This document shows, one piece after another, positions 51,977-61,707 of a stretch of 64,000 nucleotides of DNA (positions are counted from its first letter, which is position 1; every line of letters begins with the position of its first letter). Below the pieces are notes generated by a model that saw nothing but the letters and a program-made list of their open reading frames with translations, did not search any database and was not told the DNA's origin. Origin of the DNA: Candidatus Latescibacterota bacterium (GTDB taxonomy: Bacteria > Latescibacterota > UBA2968); assembly GCA_965198115.1 (NCBI GenBank), contig OZ240241.1, positions 6,400,001 through 6,464,000 of the forward strand. Reading direction: 5' to 3'. A program made the translations under genes and the position numbers.

Positions 51977-53893
51977 TTATTCAGGGTTTGTTCTTTTGAT
52001 CTCCTGGGTCGATTGTCTGTCCACCTCCGTGATCCACTTCCGCACCAGGTCGCCGTGCTCGTAGTCAGGATCCAGACGGAGAACCTCGCCGAAGTAGAGT
52101 CGCGCTTTTTCGATGTCGCCCAGACGGTTGGCCATATTTGCGGCTTGGAAGAAGGCCCTGACGAGCTTTGGGTTGCGGACTGTCGCTTCCTCGTAGGCGC
52201 CGAGCGCCTGCTCCATCTGCCCGGTCATCAGGTAGGCGTCGCCCATATTCGCGTAGAACTGATCGTGGAGATTCGACGTACGTCGTGTGGCTTCCACGTA
52301 GTGGTGAAGTGCCATTTCATACTGACCGGTTCGATGATAGGCGCCGCCGATGTTGACGTGGGATTCGATCGATTCGGGGTTGACCTCCAGGGCCTTCGCG
52401 TAGTAGCCGATAGCTTCTTCCAGTTGCTCACGTCGCGCCGCGACGGTTCCCAGCGTGTTCCAGTAGCGATGGTTGGAGGGATTGGCTTCGGTGGCCTTAG
52501 TAAAAGCGTGCTCCTCGCCATCCAGATCGCCTTCACGACGTCGATGGCTTCCTACGGATTCCCATCCGTAGGAGCGGGCGGTGGAGGAAAGCGTCGACGT
52601 TTCGAGGAGGTTTGCGAAACGTGCATCGGCGAGCGTGGGTTGAGCGTTGAGGAGAATCCAGAAAGCGACGTGGACCGCGGAAGCTCCGACCATCATAGTC
52701 CATCGGCTACGAATTTCGTTGAATTGTTGAATTGTGACGAGACCCGCTAGCAGGGCTACAGGTAGCGCTGGAAACGCGAACGCGTCCCAGTCGCGAAACG
52801 CGCCGATTTCGGGGTTCGCGACGAGCGTGAAGAATACAGAAGACACGGCGGCGGCAAGTAGGAAGAGATGGTCGTGGCGGGGTACCCACCAGCATTTTGG
52901 ATGAGAGACGAGGATAAATACGGCTGCCGGTACGACGAGTAGATATTCGTTGATGATGTTGTTCAGATGGGTGATCGAAAGAAGACCGTAAGCGTATCGA
53001 GATCCTTCGGTGACCAGGAACGGGAGGAGATGCGTTTCCCGCGCACCTTCGAAATAGGCTTCGTGGTCGAAGGAGACGACCAGAAGGAGAGCGAACGATA
53101 CGATGGGGCAGACGATGGTCTCAAGGAACGTTCGGAACACTGAGGAATGTTCCGATTTCCACCGAAGCACCGCCAGCATCAAGAGAGAGGGGGCGAGGAC
53201 GAGGAGTGAAAAGTGCGTGACGATGAGAATCCCCATCAACGTAGCCGGAATCGCGAGGGGACATCGGCTCTGAAGCGACAGCAGGCCGGAAATCAGATAC
53301 GCTAGGAGAAGGGGATAGATCAACGAGTAGGTCTCGACGTAACCGAAGAACAGTTGGGTGAACCCCGGGGTGAGAGCGAAGCCGAGGAGAATACTTCGAT
53401 CGATTGTCCGGGTGTAGAGTGTGCGTGAAAGCCAGATGGCAAGGGCAACATAGATCACACCCGACGTGTTGCTGAGGGTCCGAATGACCGTTTCTGTTGG
53501 ATAGATGTGTCGTATCTCGTCGATCAGGTGATAGGGCAGTGGCGCGTTGATGCCGCCCCAGGACCTGGACTCGACGTTGTAGCTGAAGGTTCGTAGTAGA
53601 AGCTCGCCGTCGCCGAGGAAGTGGCGCGACACCGGGAAGGATTGAAACAGGATCAGTGCGATGATTGGCAGGAAAGCGACACGCCAGGGGCGGTCGTTCA
53701 TCCAGACAAGTGCCTGTGATACCACTGTTTGGACACGTGGAAAGAGCAGGAGGAAGATCGCCACAAAGAAAGCTGCGGCCATCCAGGGGGCGTAGGCGAC
53801 ACAGTCGACACCCCATAACCCTGATTCAGGAAACATGAACGCAGCTAGGTGCAACCCGGCGAAGGCGAGGACTGCGAGGGTCGGCCGATCCAC
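51977..53893 (-). CDS. Polytopic membrane protein with C-terminal TPR repeats
   Basis: About 10 hydrophobic segments, FFGYVETY, then TPRs (ALEVNP, LRLDP). Confidence 0.75.
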   Translation of the reverse strand: MDRPTLAVLAFAGLHLAAFMFPESGLWGVDCVAYAPWMAAAFFVAIFLLLFPRVQTVVSQALVWMNDRPWRVAFLPIIALILFQSFPVSRHFLGDGELLLRTFSYNVESRSWGGINAPLPYHLIDEIRHIYPTETVIRTLSNTSGVIYVALAIWLSRTLYTRTIDRSILLGFALTPGFTQLFFGYVETYSLIYPLLLAYLISGLLSLQSRCPLAIPATLMGILIVTHFSLLVLAPSLLMLAVLRWKSEHSSVFRTFLETIVCPIVSFALLLVVSFDHEAYFEGARETHLLPFLVTEGSRYAYGLLSITHLNNIINEYLLVVPAAVFILVSHPKCWWVPRHDHLFLLAAAVSSVFFTLVANPEIGAFRDWDAFAFPALPVALLAGLVTIQQFNEIRSRWTMMVGASAVHVAFWILLNAQPTLADARFANLLETSTLSSTARSYGWESVGSHRRREGDLDGEEHAFTKATEANPSNHRYWNTLGTVAARREQLEEAIGYYAKALEVNPESIESHVNIGGAYHRTGQYEMALHHYVEATRRTSNLHDQFYANMGDAYLMTGQMEQALGAYEEATVRNPKLVRAFFQAANMANRLGDIEKARLYFGEVLRLDPDYEHGDLVRKWITEVDRQSTQEIKRTNPE

Positions 53894-53898
53894 AGACG

Positions 53899-54723
53899 TC
53901 AGCTGTAGCCGCCGTGACCGAGGAGAATGCGGGTTTCTTCGTCGGTGTCTTCGAGGAGCTGCGACGTGAGGCCATCGGTGGGGGACGGACCGCCGTGGGG
54001 CGATTTCCGAAGCCAGGTGGGTGTGTAGCTGAGGATGAGCATCCGGCGTTTCTTGCGTCGTGTGGGTAATGCGCGGTGCCACGTGTTCCCGTGGACCATC
54101 ACGATACTTCCGGCAGGCACCTCGAACACGACCTGACCCTCGACCGTGTCGACATCTTTGGAAGGGGGATCCCTGTCGAGCCAAGCGTGTGATCCAGGGA
54201 CGACGGCGACCGATCCGGTGTCTTCGTTCAGGTCATCCAAGTAGATGAGGGCGTCGATGCAGTGTGGCTGCGAGAACCACGGCGGGATAGGGTTCGAGAT
54301 GACACGAAGGTGTTGGTGCCAGGGCGTGTCCTGTACTTCTTCTCCCGGGAAGGAGATTCTGGCGCTCAGTCCACGGAGACGCACGAGCGGCCCCATCATT
54401 GCACGACAGACGGAGAGGACCGGAGGGAATTTCAGGAGATCGAGGAAGACGGGGTCCTTGTCCATCAGGTGACGGGGGATGATACCCCACGAGCGCTCTC
54501 TTGGCTCGCGGTTGGTTCGCTTTTCCGATTCGGCTTCGATGAGTCGGTCGAGCGCATCCCGGAGTGCCTCGAGGTGGTTGCCCTGGATCAAGCTTTCGCG
54601 AACGAGATAGCCCTGCTTTGCGAAATGATCGAGCTCTTCTGGGGTCGCGTGGACTTCGATTTCGTGTTCGGGACGGCCGTCTTCGATGTGACCCGTCAGG
54701 ACGGTGTAGGAAATCTTGTGCAT
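53899..54723 (-). CDS. PhyH-family dioxygenase
   Basis: FAKQGYL, WHQH, YLDD, VPGSH, TWH. Confidence 0.85.
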   Translation of the reverse strand: MHKISYTVLTGHIEDGRPEHEIEVHATPEELDHFAKQGYLVRESLIQGNHLEALRDALDRLIEAESEKRTNREPRERSWGIIPRHLMDKDPVFLDLLKFPPVLSVCRAMMGPLVRLRGLSARISFPGEEVQDTPWHQHLRVISNPIPPWFSQPHCIDALIYLDDLNEDTGSVAVVPGSHAWLDRDPPSKDVDTVEGQVVFEVPAGSIVMVHGNTWHRALPTRRKKRRMLILSYTPTWLRKSPHGGPSPTDGLTSQLLEDTDEETRILLGHGGYS

Positions 54724-54839
54724 AAGGATAATCTAAGGGTGAAGCAGCAGTGAAGTCACGAGGTGTTCACCGGGTGGTTTGAGCAGGCGAAGCGAGCGGG
54801 CGAGCAGGCGTGGCAGCGGGTTGTTGACGATGGGAGTGG

Positions 54840-55022
54840 CCCTTCGACTCCGCTCAGGATGTACCTTCCGGCCACGAACTTTAGTCGACCCAATGAACGG
54901 TGGATCGGTGTCGGACAGGGCGGTTTCCATCCGCGAACAGTACGAACGAGGAGGCGGATGCATCCGTTGAAAAGAGAAAGGGTAGGAGCAGCCCTTCGAC
55001 TGCGCTCAGGATGTACTTCCGG
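54840..55022. repeat. Direct repeat CCCTTCGACTSCGCTCAGGATGTAC (54840, 54991; also 15433)
   Basis: Intergenic REP-like copies, read directly. Confidence 0.7.
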
Positions 55023-55070
55023 CTGCGATCGTTGCGAAGGGTGTGGAATCGTCTCAACTGGAGATCGACG

Positions 55071-55478
55071 ATGAAAATCGATATCGTTTACGCGACGGAA
55101 CATATGTCCGAGCACTATCGTGATTTCTACGATGGATATCGGGCACTTCGTCTGGTCGATGACACGGGAGAGTTGCGAGGTGAGCTCGTATGGCGCGTGG
55201 CATCAGGGCACAACGTGGAGATCACGGAGTTCGGGATCTTTCAAGGCGAGGACCATCGAAAGGGGGATGGGACGCAGCTGCTGGATGCGGCGATCGAGGA
55301 TATGCGGGCTTACCTCGAGAAGATCAAACAACCGCGCTGGCGAATTCATCTGTTCTGTGAAGCCGACAACGATGGCGGGCGGGCGTTCTATGAGGCGCGT
55401 GGGTTTCAAATGGGTGCGGAGGTGCCACAGTTTTACACGGATGGGGATGCGGCGATGTACTGGCGGGAGTTGGAATGA
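55071..55478 (+). CDS. GNAT (RimI-like) acetyltransferase
   Basis: HRKGDGTQLL, NDGGRAFYEARGF; GGAG RBS. Confidence 0.8.
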   Translation: MKIDIVYATEHMSEHYRDFYDGYRALRLVDDTGELRGELVWRVASGHNVEITEFGIFQGEDHRKGDGTQLLDAAIEDMRAYLEKIKQPRWRIHLFCEADNDGGRAFYEARGFQMGAEVPQFYTDGDAAMYWRELE

Positions 55479-55606
55479 GTTCCAGTAGCCTAGGCGATTG
55501 ACACGCACACGGCCGTTACGCTATCATCGAGCCTCCCGGAGGCTGAGCGGCAACAGGATTGGCCATTGACAAGTGACCCAAAAGGCGCATTGGATCGACT
55601 GGTGAG

Positions 55607-56539
55607 ATGACTCATATAGATCAGAAGTTAGCAGACTACCTTTTCGACCTCCACGGGTATCTTGTGCTGGAAGGAGCGATCTCCACCACGGATATCGAAG
55701 AAATCAACGCCTGGGTTGACGATCATTGGGACTATGTGGAGCGACCGAAGGATGGCGATGGTGAGGACGCGCGAAATCGCTGGATCGGCCACGTCGAAAC
55801 CCACAGCTACGGCGAACTGGACGGCGTCAACTTCCAGAATATCGTGGAAGGAGGCGCCGTTTTCGAACGGTTGATCGATCACCCTTCGTGGATCGATCTG
55901 GCGAGAAAGTACATCAACAAAGTCAATCGCGTTTCGATTCACGAAAACTTTCTGAATGTCCGTGGGAAAGGTGGACATCTTTTCATGCATTGCGGCGGGC
56001 ACGCACCGCTGAGCTACCTGACGTTCAGACAGCACAACACAGGCGAGTGGATGGTCGGGCAGATCAACGTGTTGATGGCGCTCGAAGATATTGGCCCGGG
56101 TGATGGGCCGACCGTGCTCATTCCGGGCAGCCACAAGACGACAGAGGTCCATCCCCGACTGCTGGTCGATGGGAAGGGCATCGTTTCTGCGGGAAGTGGG
56201 AGTGGGTCGGCGGGCACCGCGGTTGGGATGAAGGAGATGTATCTGAAGGCAGGAGACGTGCTGTTCTTCACGGATGCGATTACGCACGGTTCGACGGAGC
56301 GGACGAGAGAAGGCTATCGACGCACGGTTGTTTACAGATACTCTGCGCGACATCTGAGGACGCGGTTCAACTATGTGATGTCGGACGGGTTGCGGGCCCG
56401 ACTCTCACCCGAGCGATTGGAGATTTTGGAACCCGTCCATCGAAGAGAGCCCCCAAACCGGGGAACCACAGATCACACCGAACACACCGAGGGGAGAGAA
56501 GGGCGATCGAACCTCACAACGCAAGACTGTGAGAGATGA
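55607..56539 (+). CDS. PhyH-family dioxygenase (HxG variant)
   Basis: YLFDLHGYL, MHCGG, IPGSHK, ITHG. Confidence 0.85.
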   Translation: MTHIDQKLADYLFDLHGYLVLEGAISTTDIEEINAWVDDHWDYVERPKDGDGEDARNRWIGHVETHSYGELDGVNFQNIVEGGAVFERLIDHPSWIDLARKYINKVNRVSIHENFLNVRGKGGHLFMHCGGHAPLSYLTFRQHNTGEWMVGQINVLMALEDIGPGDGPTVLIPGSHKTTEVHPRLLVDGKGIVSAGSGSGSAGTAVGMKEMYLKAGDVLFFTDAITHGSTERTREGYRRTVVYRYSARHLRTRFNYVMSDGLRARLSPERLEILEPVHRREPPNRGTTDHTEHTEGREGRSNLTTQDCER

Positions 56540-56657
56540 TTGCCACGCCTGCTCGTCCGCCAGAATTGAATGTGACCATCTATCGACGTCACGGGAATGC
56601 GTTGTCGCGGATGACGCCTGCTCGAACATTCATAATCCTAGACAATGAGGCAAAGCA

Positions 56658-57530
56658 GTGTACGAGAACCCGTATTCTAGCTCCACCAGATGGCTCCGTG
56701 GTAACCTCCACGGACACACGTGCTGTGGTCGCTTCATGGACGTGTCGGAGAGCGCTCCGATGTATGCGAGCCTCGGATACGACTTTATGGCGATCACCGA
56801 CCACAACCTGGCCCCGGATGAAGCGCAATGGCGTGCGTGGCAGGACCAGATTCCGATCGTACTCATCCCCGGTGAGGAAAACGGATCCACGGATCACATT
56901 TTGGAGCTTGGCGTGTTTGCAGTGACGGAAACCCCGGGCGATGACATTCGGGATCGCGCACAGGCGCTTTTGGATTCGGGCGGTTTCGTGGCACCGTGTC
57001 ATCCTCAGGAGTATGATGAGCGGGGCGCAGACAACGTTCGGAGGACCACCGGCATTGCACACGCCTTCGAGCTTTACAACGGGCTGCGTGAACGACGGGG
57101 ACGGGACGAGGCGGAAAACGTCAAGATCTGGGACGAGGTGCTAACCGCAGGGGAGAGAATCTCGGCGATCGCGACCGACGACTTCCATTGCGAGTATGGC
57201 TCGCCGGGTCAGGGATGGGTCTGTGTGCAGGTGGATGAAGACGCCGATGTGATGTGGCAGCTGCTCGTCGAGCAGCTTAAACGAGGGGCATTCTACGCCA
57301 GCACGTCACCCGCGTTCGATCAGATTCTGGTCGACGGAGATCGGCTGAGCGTGACGTGTGATAAACACGTTCAGGAGATTGCGATCGTCGGTGCTGGCGG
57401 GATGGACCTCTACACGACGCAAAGCACGTCCCTCGAGTGGGAGGCTGGATCGGGGTTGAGCTATTTCAGGATCGAAGCGCGATCGGGTATCAAGCGCGCG
57501 TGGAGTCAACCGTTCTATGGGAAGCCCTGA
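56658..57530 (+). CDS. PHP-fold (CehA/McbA-like) metallohydrolase
   Basis: GNLHGHT, ITDHN, CHP, TDDFH, AWSQP. Confidence 0.82.
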   Translation: MYENPYSSSTRWLRGNLHGHTCCGRFMDVSESAPMYASLGYDFMAITDHNLAPDEAQWRAWQDQIPIVLIPGEENGSTDHILELGVFAVTETPGDDIRDRAQALLDSGGFVAPCHPQEYDERGADNVRRTTGIAHAFELYNGLRERRGRDEAENVKIWDEVLTAGERISAIATDDFHCEYGSPGQGWVCVQVDEDADVMWQLLVEQLKRGAFYASTSPAFDQILVDGDRLSVTCDKHVQEIAIVGAGGMDLYTTQSTSLEWEAGSGLSYFRIEARSGIKRAWSQPFYGKP

Positions 57531-57561
57531 AACCACCTCTCACGTTCGTTCGAGGCAGGCT
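57531..57561. repeat. REP-like family B CCTCACGTTCGTTCGAGGCAGGCT (also 30754-30785 reverse, 31745-31777, 40311-40336, 51925-51950)
   Basis: Five near-identical, mostly intergenic copies. Confidence 0.75.
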
Positions 57562-57688
57562 ACATAAACAGAAAACACGAACGGAAGCCTTTTAGACCAC
57601 GGAACACACGGAATACACGGAAGGGGAGGAGCACTCTGGCACGGGAGCTATTGGGGAGATAGCCGTGAGTAGACTTTAACATGAAACT

Positions 57689-57738
57689 AGCCCGCTTCAG
57701 CGGGCTTCGCTTTTTTGCACGGGGCTTCAGCCCCGTGC
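57689..57738. repeat. REP-like double hairpin AGCCCGCTTCAGCGGG...CGGGGCTTYAGCCCCG (also 61578-61627)
   Basis: Two copies, each with two GC-rich stem-loops. Confidence 0.7.
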
Positions 57739-57744
57739 TGGTGC

Positions 57745-59316
57745 TCATTCAATCGGATCGAAGTACGTCAAATCTGCGCCAAAATTGTCCATCGCGACGA
57801 CAGAGTCGCCCTTCATTTTGACGCGGATGTTTCGGGTGCGATGCTCAAGGACGATCTCCCGCGTCGGGAGAGTGTAGTTTAGGGTGATCGGATCGCCGAC
57901 CGGGGGATTCGCGAGGAAGAGCATCGACCCGACGAATTTCGCGTCGGGCACCCGAATCTCGCTTCGGTCCGCCCACGAAGGAATTCGAATCCACAACGGC
58001 CCCGGTTTCTTGAGCGTCGCGCGCAGATCATCGTGCGTGACGTTCGATTGTACGGAGATGGCGTCGGTCTCGTGATCGAACAAGAGGTTGACGTGATGAC
58101 CGGTCTCGTCGAAGGTGGTGGCGTCGCGATAAACTTCGCAAAGGGAGGCCGTCCCGCCACCGACGATGTCCATGTTGAAACCGACGCGATCGATGTCGAT
58201 TGGCTCGTGGCCATAGGGCGCGGGAAAACCGAACGCGCCCTTGTGGCGGGCGGCGACATTGCTTAAGCCGTCAATGCCATCCGGGTTTGCGGGCTCTTCG
58301 ATGAAATCGATGTCACGGAGTTGTGAGGGCAGTATATGACATCGGACGATGCGCTCGGCGTCCTCGAGACAGTGCGTGTATCCGGCGCGCCCGAGGATGA
58401 GCGCGGTTTCGACGATGTCGCCCGTGTTGTTCACTTCGCCCCGGTCCGGATTCCGATCCCCATCCGAACTTTCGATGACCCAGCCGAGTTGGTCGCTGAA
58501 GTCCGGCAGCCCGTGATCGTAAAAGGCTTTGACCCGCGTGAGCAGGGCAGCGTCGTCCGTGAGCTCGGCGAGCTGAGCGAGGGAGGACATGACGCACGTC
58601 GTGGAGTGCGTATGCGTCCCGTGGACTCCGATATCGTAGTGACCGTCCTCGGGAAAGGCGTCGATGAGGAGCTTTTCTTTAAGGACAAGGGCCAGATCCA
58701 ACGCGGCGGGAGATTCTGTGGTACGATAGTACTTCACGAGCGGCCCAAGGACACGGGCGAGCCCACTGATGAATGTTGTCTCCGATGGCTCCGCACCGAC
58801 CCGATCACGACAACGTGAGACATCCCATCCACTTTCAGGTGACCAGAGGTCGAAGATGGCGGCGATGCACGCTTCGGCGAGGTCTTGCGCACGTTCTTCA
58901 TTGCGATACTTGACGAGGGGATAGAGCGCGTGGATGCCCTCGCGAAAGTTATGCGTGATAAAGAGGCAGAGAGGGCCGTCAGCCTCTTCACGGTTAAAGG
59001 GTACGGCGGCAGGACCGCTGAACGAAAAGTAGGCAGCCTCCGCGTGCTTGCGTATGGCCGTCTCGTCGAGCTCGATGCCGACGGCGTCTTCGGCATTCAA
59101 GAGCGCGTTGAGATGACGCCCGGGAACGTGTGCTTCCGTGTGTGCGCTGCTGAAGCCGAGGTAGGCCTCAGGCCTGACACGAGATCCGAAAAATGGGATG
59201 CCGTTGTCGTCGGCGTTGAAGACGCTTTGCATCGTCTGACAGGCGAGGCGAATGGCGCCAGCGATGTCGGTCGTGTTGACGTCTTTCAACTGGCCGTAGA
59301 AGGGAATGTGATTCAT
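57745..59316 (-). CDS. Hypothetical protein, GH127/DUF1680-like fold
   Basis: HTHS, GEVNNTGD, WIRIPSWA. Confidence 0.55.
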   Translation of the reverse strand: MNHIPFYGQLKDVNTTDIAGAIRLACQTMQSVFNADDNGIPFFGSRVRPEAYLGFSSAHTEAHVPGRHLNALLNAEDAVGIELDETAIRKHAEAAYFSFSGPAAVPFNREEADGPLCLFITHNFREGIHALYPLVKYRNEERAQDLAEACIAAIFDLWSPESGWDVSRCRDRVGAEPSETTFISGLARVLGPLVKYYRTTESPAALDLALVLKEKLLIDAFPEDGHYDIGVHGTHTHSTTCVMSSLAQLAELTDDAALLTRVKAFYDHGLPDFSDQLGWVIESSDGDRNPDRGEVNNTGDIVETALILGRAGYTHCLEDAERIVRCHILPSQLRDIDFIEEPANPDGIDGLSNVAARHKGAFGFPAPYGHEPIDIDRVGFNMDIVGGGTASLCEVYRDATTFDETGHHVNLLFDHETDAISVQSNVTHDDLRATLKKPGPLWIRIPSWADRSEIRVPDAKFVGSMLFLANPPVGDPITLNYTLPTREIVLEHRTRNIRVKMKGDSVVAMDNFGADLTYFDPIE

Positions 59317-59417
59317 CGGAGTCTCTCGATTGTTTTGGAGTGTCGGGTCGCCCTGCAAGATGATAGACATGAAGATGAAACGTTAGCAAATTTAAGAGCG
59401 TCTCATTCCAGCAATTT

Positions 59418-59930
59418 TCAGCTTATGGGCTTCGAATCACTTTCCCGCACTTCCGTGTGACAACAAACCATCGAGATCTGATGATCCGATTTCGGGATCC
59501 CTCCTGCTGATATCCTGAATGCCTCCAGAAAGTCCTGCTGGGATTTCACCCATCTGTTGCTGGTACATGCTTTGACCTGGTAGTCGATGACCACTCGTTG
59601 GATGAAGAGGTCGCTCGATCCGATTCGGCGACCGTTGAAGTTGTGCTGGAGGATGAAGTGGAAGAGGCTGATCCCGTCGCACTGGGATGTCATGTATCTG
59701 GACATTGCCCGCAGGCTCGGAGGAACGGCCACTCCGGTCGGCGAAGCGTTCGGAATGTTGTATGTCGGATCGCAGGTAGCAAAACTGGCGGTCTTTGGGA
59801 CCCCGAATCCTACGTAAAAGCCGCTTGGTGGGCTCGCCAGAGTCTCGACATTGGCCGCGGTTCCTACGAGCACCGCAAGAATGACGGCACCGAAGCCTCC
59901 TTTGGTCCTGGTTGACTTTTCCACAGCCAT
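59418..59930 (-). CDS. Hypothetical secreted protein
   Basis: AAGGAG RBS, N-terminal signal-like segment; no recognised family. Confidence 0.45.
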   Translation of the reverse strand: MAVEKSTRTKGGFGAVILAVLVGTAANVETLASPPSGFYVGFGVPKTASFATCDPTYNIPNASPTGVAVPPSLRAMSRYMTSQCDGISLFHFILQHNFNGRRIGSSDLFIQRVVIDYQVKACTSNRWVKSQQDFLEAFRISAGGIPKSDHQISMVCCHTEVRESDSKPIS

Positions 59931-60011
59931 ACTCGTTCTCCTTTTGAATGAAATGGTGGCTGTGCCCCCCGCCTGATCTTTTGAACAATGCGGCCTGCCC
60001 TGGAAGATTTC

Positions 60012-61550
60012 TTACACCGCCCCCGTGTCCGCCAGACATCTCTCGCTCCACGCATCCCACATCTCTGACATCGCCTCAACTCGATCGGGGTACCGATCAG
60101 CGAGATTATAGAGTTCGCACCGATCCGCTTCCATATCGTAGAGCTCCCACGATTCGTGACCAGCCGGGATGGGGATGCCCGACTGAACGCGCTCGGGTCC
60201 TTCGGTCACGAGCTTCCACTTCCCCTGGCGCACCGCCCTCGCTCCACCGTTGAGCCAGTAGAGTTCGCGATCGATGGATGGCGTGTCCTCGTCGCGAAAG
60301 GCGGATGCCAGGCTGTGGCCCTCCATCGGCAGCACGTCGCGGCCTTCGAAAGTTGCTGGATATTCCGCTCCAGCGAGTTCGACGAATGTGGGCATGAAAT
60401 CGATCATGTGACCCGTCACGTTTTCGACGATACGTCCACCAGGCTTGATTACGGCCGGCCAGCTGACGATGAAAGGGGTCGCGATGCCCCCTTCGTGGTC
60501 GAAGTCTTTGAAGAGGCGAAAGGGTGTGTTGCTCGCGTTGGCCCACGCGGCGCCGATGGTCTGGTACGAGTCGAGTCCGCCTGGAGGCAGATGAGGTGTG
60601 TTGTGGATCTCCTCGGCACAGCCGCCGTTGTCGGTCAGGAAGATAACGAGCGTGTTTTCTTCCTGGTCGAGTTCTCGAATCTTGTCCATGACTCGCCCGA
60701 TGCCTTGATCGAGGCGGTCGACCATTGCGGCATAGACGGCCATCGCTTCGGCAGCGTGTTGGCCGAGGTTGGCGTAGGAGTCGTTGGACCGCTCGTCCGC
60801 GGCGGACAATCCCCAGCGTGTATCGATGAGGCCGAGTTCGAGCAAACGCTCGTATCGGCGGCGCCGGATTTCGGCCCAGCCGATCGAGTAGCGCTCCCGG
60901 TATTTCGCGATGTCGTCTGGCCACGCGTGGAGCGGGAAGTGCGGTGCGCAGTGTGAGAGGTAGAGGAAGAAGGGCTCACCACCACTGCCGCATTCATCAA
61001 GGAACTCGATCGCGTGATCGGTGAAAGCGTCGGTGGTGTAGAAGTCTCTGTCATCTGGTGTGAAAGGATGCATCACGCTATCGTGGTCGCACCAGGGACG
61101 CGCGTCTCCGGGCGCCTTGCGACCCGGCTCCGGTTCGCCGCTCTGCCGATTCCCCGGGCTGAAGTAGTTGCTACACCCGCTGATCAGTCCCCAGTAGCGC
61201 TCGAACCCGCGCGACACGGGTCGTTGGCCATCCTCGGTTCCGCTGTGCCACTTGCCAGACATCAACGTGCGATAGCCGGCTTTGCGAAGGAATTCTGCGA
61301 TCGTGACGTTATTTCGGACGTGCAGCTGTCCGCCTTCTCCATCTCTGGTGACCTGGCCAGGGTAAAGGCCGGTGAGAAGCGACGCACGCGAGGGCGAGCA
61401 TTTGGCGTTGGTGTAGAACTGCGTGAATCGAAGACCGCCCGCTGCGAGGCGGTCGAGATTGGGCGTCTCGATTTCCCCACCGTAGCACCCGATGTCGGAG
61501 AACCCGAGGTCGTCCGCCATGATGAGGACAATGTTAGGTCTATCTGTCAT
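60012..61550 (-). CDS. Arylsulfatase
   Basis: MADDLG, CSPSRAS, GKWH, APHFPL, TDNG. Confidence 0.92.
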   Translation of the reverse strand: MTDRPNIVLIMADDLGFSDIGCYGGEIETPNLDRLAAGGLRFTQFYTNAKCSPSRASLLTGLYPGQVTRDGEGGQLHVRNNVTIAEFLRKAGYRTLMSGKWHSGTEDGQRPVSRGFERYWGLISGCSNYFSPGNRQSGEPEPGRKAPGDARPWCDHDSVMHPFTPDDRDFYTTDAFTDHAIEFLDECGSGGEPFFLYLSHCAPHFPLHAWPDDIAKYRERYSIGWAEIRRRRYERLLELGLIDTRWGLSAADERSNDSYANLGQHAAEAMAVYAAMVDRLDQGIGRVMDKIRELDQEENTLVIFLTDNGGCAEEIHNTPHLPPGGLDSYQTIGAAWANASNTPFRLFKDFDHEGGIATPFIVSWPAVIKPGGRIVENVTGHMIDFMPTFVELAGAEYPATFEGRDVLPMEGHSLASAFRDEDTPSIDRELYWLNGGARAVRQGKWKLVTEGPERVQSGIPIPAGHESWELYDMEADRCELYNLADRYPDRVEAMSEMWDAWSERCLADTGAV

Positions 61551-61707
61551 AAACCTGAGAGCAACTCATTGAACATCAGCCCGCTTCAGCGGGATTCGCT
61601 GCCGTAGCGCGGGGCTTTAGCCCCGCGTGCCGTTGGTGCATATAGGATCACGAGTAGGCACCACGAGTGTGGACGACGATAACCACGTCTGCTCGCCCCT
61701 TCGCTCC

